Assembly: GCA_040285825.1 (NCBI GenBank)
Contig: JAUPSS010000005.1
Span: forward strand, 1,364,001 to 1,428,000
Origin: Eukaryota sp. TZLM1-RC
Lineage: Eukaryota; Protista; Metamonada: BaSk clade
Direction: 5' to 3'
DNA length: 64,000 bases
Shown: positions 59,401-64,000 of the stretch, in pieces
How the letters are laid out: every line of letters begins with the position of its first letter
Numbering within the stretch: the first letter of the stretch is position 1
Notes under the pieces: generated by a model
Databases searched by the model: none
Told to the model about the DNA's origin: nothing
What the model saw: only the letters and a program-made list of their open reading frames with translations
Position numbers and translations under genes: made by a program

Positions 59401-62400
59401 ATTCCGGTTTTTTTGCTTCATTTGTTGAGTCATTAATAATTAATTCATTCAGTAATCAACATTACGCATCTTTTTTGCTTATAGAGTCAGTTTCAATGGA
59501 TGAGTTTCTTCAAAATTCTGCCGATAGCGCTCACTTTGAGGCTTTTGATATCAACACCATTAATGTTTCCCATTTGCTACTTTCTGCTGGTACAGTTTTT
59601 TTCAATTCAATCGACCATTCCGTTTACAATAACCTTGAGTTAAATTCAAATAATCCTGTTTCTTTTACTCAAACAAGGTCAAAATCAATCAAAATTTTGG
59701 AGAATCTTGACATTTCTGACCACGGTACCGTTTCCTTCTCCTATGTTGAATTTGAATTTGACGTTCCAGGAATTGATCTTTTCGGCACTTTAAACTTAAA
59801 TAATTTTCAATTTGCTTCAACTATTCCTCATTTAGCTTTGTTCAATTCAGCTGTACTGAGTCTTTATACAGGAGATGATGTTATTATTAATGATTATTTT
59901 AATGTTTATAATTCCTCAATTAGAAAAGGTTCTGATCATTTAACCATCAACAAAGATTCCCTTTTTTTAGGTGGAACATTTGAAGAGTCTGGTACTACTG
60001 AATATCTTTCGTCCTTGTTAATTGAGACTAATTCCATCAAAACTATTACCTCAAAAGCCAAATTAATTTTTAATAAAGTGGTTGATATTACTTCCGAGGT
60101 TGATGAGCTTTTGTTTGGTGAATCTCAACTATTGTTCCGGGATGTCGTCAATGTCCCCAGTGCTATTCACTTTAAACAAGTAGAATTTCCAAGAGCAGAG
60201 TTTGAATTTGAGGATTGTTCGATTAATTTACTTCAAAATACTACCATAGATCCTTTTATTTCTGGTAATGCTGTCTTTTCTATAGCTGATTCTTTAATTT
60301 TAACAGGAGGCAGTGATTTGAAATCCACTACTCTAGATATCGGCAATGTTGTTATTTTTGATTCCTTTTGTTTACCTTTCTGTGATCAAGTGGTAGACTA
60401 TTATTTTGATTCCAATTCAGTCATTCGGCAATCTCCTAGTTATTTAATTACCAACGCTAATGCTAGTGTTGTTTATTCAGGTAGTTATTTATTAAATCCT
60501 CATTTAATTCATAAGGATGGTAGTTTCAAGTTTAAGGATTCAACAAATATTGAATTGACTTCTGTTCTTGTTGAAAATGGTAAATTTGTTTATGATTCTA
60601 GCACTTCTAACACTGGATTGACGGATTTGACTAACTTTTTGTCCATTGGAGGTACTTCCCTATTTGATTCAATCAATTCTCTCTATCTTTTTGATGTTAA
60701 TTTAATGGGAGGTGATTTACTTATTAAATCCAGCTCCACAGGGAACAATTTGTATTTACCTTTGGTTGTTATTGACAATAACTCTTTAATGTTTATTGAA
60801 GAATCCCAGACAGAAGTATCTTTTATTAATTTAAAAGGTGGTACTTTCTCGTTCACCAATTACACAACCATTATTAACGAACAACTTAATATAAATGAAG
60901 GATCTATTTCTACTGGTAACTCCCATTTAACTCTATCACTATCTTCTGTTACCTCCTTTATTGGTAAAAGAGACAAACATTTGTTACCAAACTCGAACAT
61001 TGCTCTTCATGGTAACTTAGTTTTAGATTCTTCTGGTGTTTTCCATGGCCATTACAATGCAAAGTTTGAAGTTTTAGGTTCTGCCAATATTTCTATTATT
61101 CAACCTTCTGTTTGGCACAGTTCTGAGGGAGTTGCCACTTTTGTTATATCTTCACCTGATTTTGTATTGACTGTAATGAATGATTTTGATATTTCTTGGT
61201 ACTTTCATTCTGAAGCACAAATTGATGTTATTAATGATTCCAAATTTAGAATTGCTGGGGGTGGGTTTTTTAATTCTGATATTGTGTTATGTGCTAGCTG
61301 TCACCTTGAAGTAGCCAATGGGGAGTTCATTTTTCCCTCCCATTCTAGATTAAAAGGATTAAACAACCTTGGGAAAACCAGTCACTTTATTACTGATGGT
61401 TCTTCTGTGCTATTTGAAGGTTTCTTTTCACTTGATCCTAATATTGTTCTTGGTTCTGGTTATTTACACTTTATGAAGGGTTCTGTTTATAATATTTCTT
61501 CTCTAGTTGTACCAGAAGGTGGATCTATTGAGTTTTCTGAGTGTCCTGATAATGGTGTTTTTAATCTTTCTGTAATAGAAATTATTGGGGGTAAGGCTGT
61601 TTTAAATTCCTTGTCCTGTGAGTTTGTGACTCCTTTATTTTATTTAGAAGATGGTCTATTTAACTCTAGTTCCATTACTGGAAACTTTGAAGTAGTTGAT
61701 TTCTATTCAATTGATTCAAAAGTAAATTTGGGGGAGGTGTCTGGAAATTTATCGATAAAGTCTTTAAGTACTTTCAACAGTTTTTTTAATTTTGTTGACA
61801 TTGGGAGCGATTTTACTTTGGATGAACCTTTGTACTTTACTAATGGTAAATTTGAATTATCAGCAGTAGGAGGTAATGTTTTTGTTCCTGGTTTAGTAGT
61901 CGAAAATGCTGACCTATCTTTTAATAACATTGAAGGCGAAGTGAATATTCCTTTTATTGATCTTTTATCAGGGATTATTGAATTTGATACTATTGAAAAG
62001 GATATTACTATTGACTCATTAAGAGTTACTGGAGGTGATGTTATATTTAAAAATTTAGGTGGTGATCTAATTATAAATGGAGTGGATCTAACCGGAGGTT
62101 TTCTAATTTTTGATGAATTAATTGCCCCTCTCAATCTTAAATTCCTCATCTTAAACGGTACTTTTGTTTCTTTCAATACTAATCATGATGTTACTATTGA
62201 TGTTGTCAAAATTCATGGTAATTCAACTGTTTCTGGAGAAGATTTACTTTTTGTTACATTTTTGTAATATTTTGAATGGTTTGGTGGTAGAATTGAAAGT
62301 GCTTTGATTGAAACTGGTCCAGAAGCCCAAGCTTATATAGGTTCAGAGCACTTTAAATTTATTGATGATTCTACAATTTCGGTGAAAAACACCATAGATT

Positions 62401-64000
62401 TCATAGAAAACCCAACAATTTTTATTGGAAGTGATTCTTTATTGGATTTTGGTTCTTCTCTTAAGACCAATTTCCAAACATTTACGAACTTTCAATCAAA
62501 TAGTGAAAATAGTACAGGTAATGTTTTAATTCTTGGTGGTGATGTTGAATTTGAAAGTGTTATTATTATTTTTGATTTATTTGTGGAGTTTAATGGAGTT
62601 GGAAAAGCTAATGAAACACTTTTCAGTTTTTCTTTTGGATCAATATTTACTGGATCTCTTGAATTATTTGGCGAATGTGAATTTAATATTTTGGACAAGG
62701 GGATATTTGAATTTGATGAGAACTCCAAATTAATTGGTCCATTTACTTATTTTTATGTTGGTTATACTGTATCTTCTATTACTACCTCACCAACTGTTAT
62801 TTTCAATGGCTTGTTTTCCTTAAATCCTTCAGTTTTGATCGAATTGGGGTCAGTTTATTTTGAGTCTTCATGTTCATTTGAAATTCATAACCTTACAGTA
62901 TTTCACCCAGGTAAAGCAGAATTCAATGGCGTTTCAGGTCCTTTGTGGGCACTTAATCACCTTGAAGTCTCTGGAATTCTTCACATTTTTGATCTTCATC
63001 GTCCTTTGGATGTTTACTTTTACCAAGTTTATGGTTCCAATTCCTCTGTCCATTGGAAAGATATTAATAAGGAGGTTTTGTTCAGGAACTCTATCTTCGT
63101 GAGTGATGGGAAGCTCAAATACGAAAATTTCCCTAATATTTACCACTCTCTTTTACAAATCACTAATGCAGAATTCATCACTGAAACAACCAAATCATTA
63201 AAAGTAACTAAACTTGAAAGTTCCAATTCTGACATTACATTTAATTCCAACCCCAATTCCATTAAAGTTGCAGAATTCTTATTATTTTCCTCTCAGTTAA
63301 GCAGTTCAACTGATTGTGATTTGTTAATCACCAGAGCTACCTTTGACACGTCATCATTACGTGGCTCGGACCATGTATTTATTGATGATTTGGTTTTCAA
63401 GTCAGGGCATTTCTATACCGATGTTACTTCTGTGACTGCTTTGCTCACTAGTGAAGGAACTAAGAATTTTCGTCAAGGTGTTTTGTTTACAATTACCTCC
63501 CATGCAGTTTATGATGGAGGGCAAATTATTGGTTTTAGTAATGCTGAAATCGTTACCGAAAAGTCTTCTGATTTTGAATTGAACGGACCTGAACTTTTTT
63601 ACACTGGATCTACTTCACCTAGAAATTTTCACAATTCAGCCAAAGTTTCAATATTTGGAACTGTTTCTCGATCTGCTGGTGGTTCTTTTAATTGTTCTTT
63701 TGATTTATTTATTGAACCACATGGTCAATTGGATTTCCTTGATGGGTCAATTTACTTACTCGCTGGGGGTTATAATAAGGGACATTTCCATGTACATAAC
63801 TTTGCTAGTATTAGACTGGGTCCCTCAAGAACAAAATTTGGCTATGAATTTGCCCATAAAAGCTTTGAATTGCTTCCTGGATCAGTCACTGAATTTAATG
63901 GTTCTCTTTCTATGGATAGGTTTTCAATTTTGAAAACTTATTCGTTTTTGTCATTAAGTTCTTTTGATTTTGATTCTGGTTCATTTTACTTTGGTCCTGA
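56487..64000 (+). CDS. Giant surface repeat protein, paralog of the 20052 gene; one in-frame TAA at 62265-62267, then open to the window end
   Basis: Signal peptide MSWGKLVLQLLSLLCFVHG; collinear with the 20052 gene. After the TAA the same frame continues YFEWFGGRIES.., matching HFNWFGGDFSE.. of the paralog. Confidence 0.85.
56548..56577 (+). other. 30-nt in-frame, stop-free intron (phase 1)
   Basis: GTATGTTCGCATCACTCTCTTTTATTTCAG, at the position equivalent to the intron 19970-20000. Confidence 0.75.

Noticed and set aside
34708-62267. TAA reassigned to a sense codon (in-frame TAAs at 34708, 49577, 62265)
   Set aside because: Thousands of codons in the long AT-rich ORFs contain no in-frame TAA, and TAA ends the LRR and 50687 genes at sensible positions. 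The standard code fits.

Overview
This is AT-rich eukaryotic DNA from a compact protist-like genome. A metamonad-type anaerobe is a guess from gene style and the intron signature, not something the sequence proves. The window holds three giant predicted surface-protein genes: a minus-strand gene of >6,600 codons that runs off the window start and is absent from the ORF track, a 2064-aa RCC1/beta-helix single-pass protein, and a plus-strand paralog that continues past one in-frame TAA to the window end. Housekeeping genes include CysRS, VID27, a WDR74/Nsa1-like protein, a PPP1R42-like LRR protein, two PH-domain paralogs and tRNA-Glu(CTC). Five tiny 29-32 nt GTATGT introns are predicted, one apparently ending in AT. 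The intergenic DNA is full of decayed mobile elements: at least three lineages of Fanzor/TnpB-like RNA-guided nucleases and many 5'-truncated RLE-type (CRE-like) non-LTR retrotransposon pieces. The top finding is a 297-bp Fanzor 3'-end module (the expected omegaRNA region), present twice at about 82% identity without gaps. Each copy ends exactly 12 nt upstream of the ATG of an unrelated host gene on the same strand, which suggests domesticated guide/promoter cassettes or insertion targeted to gene starts. A second Fanzor family carries the same in-frame TAA just before its catalytic Glu in two copies and keeps a well-structured omegaRNA.
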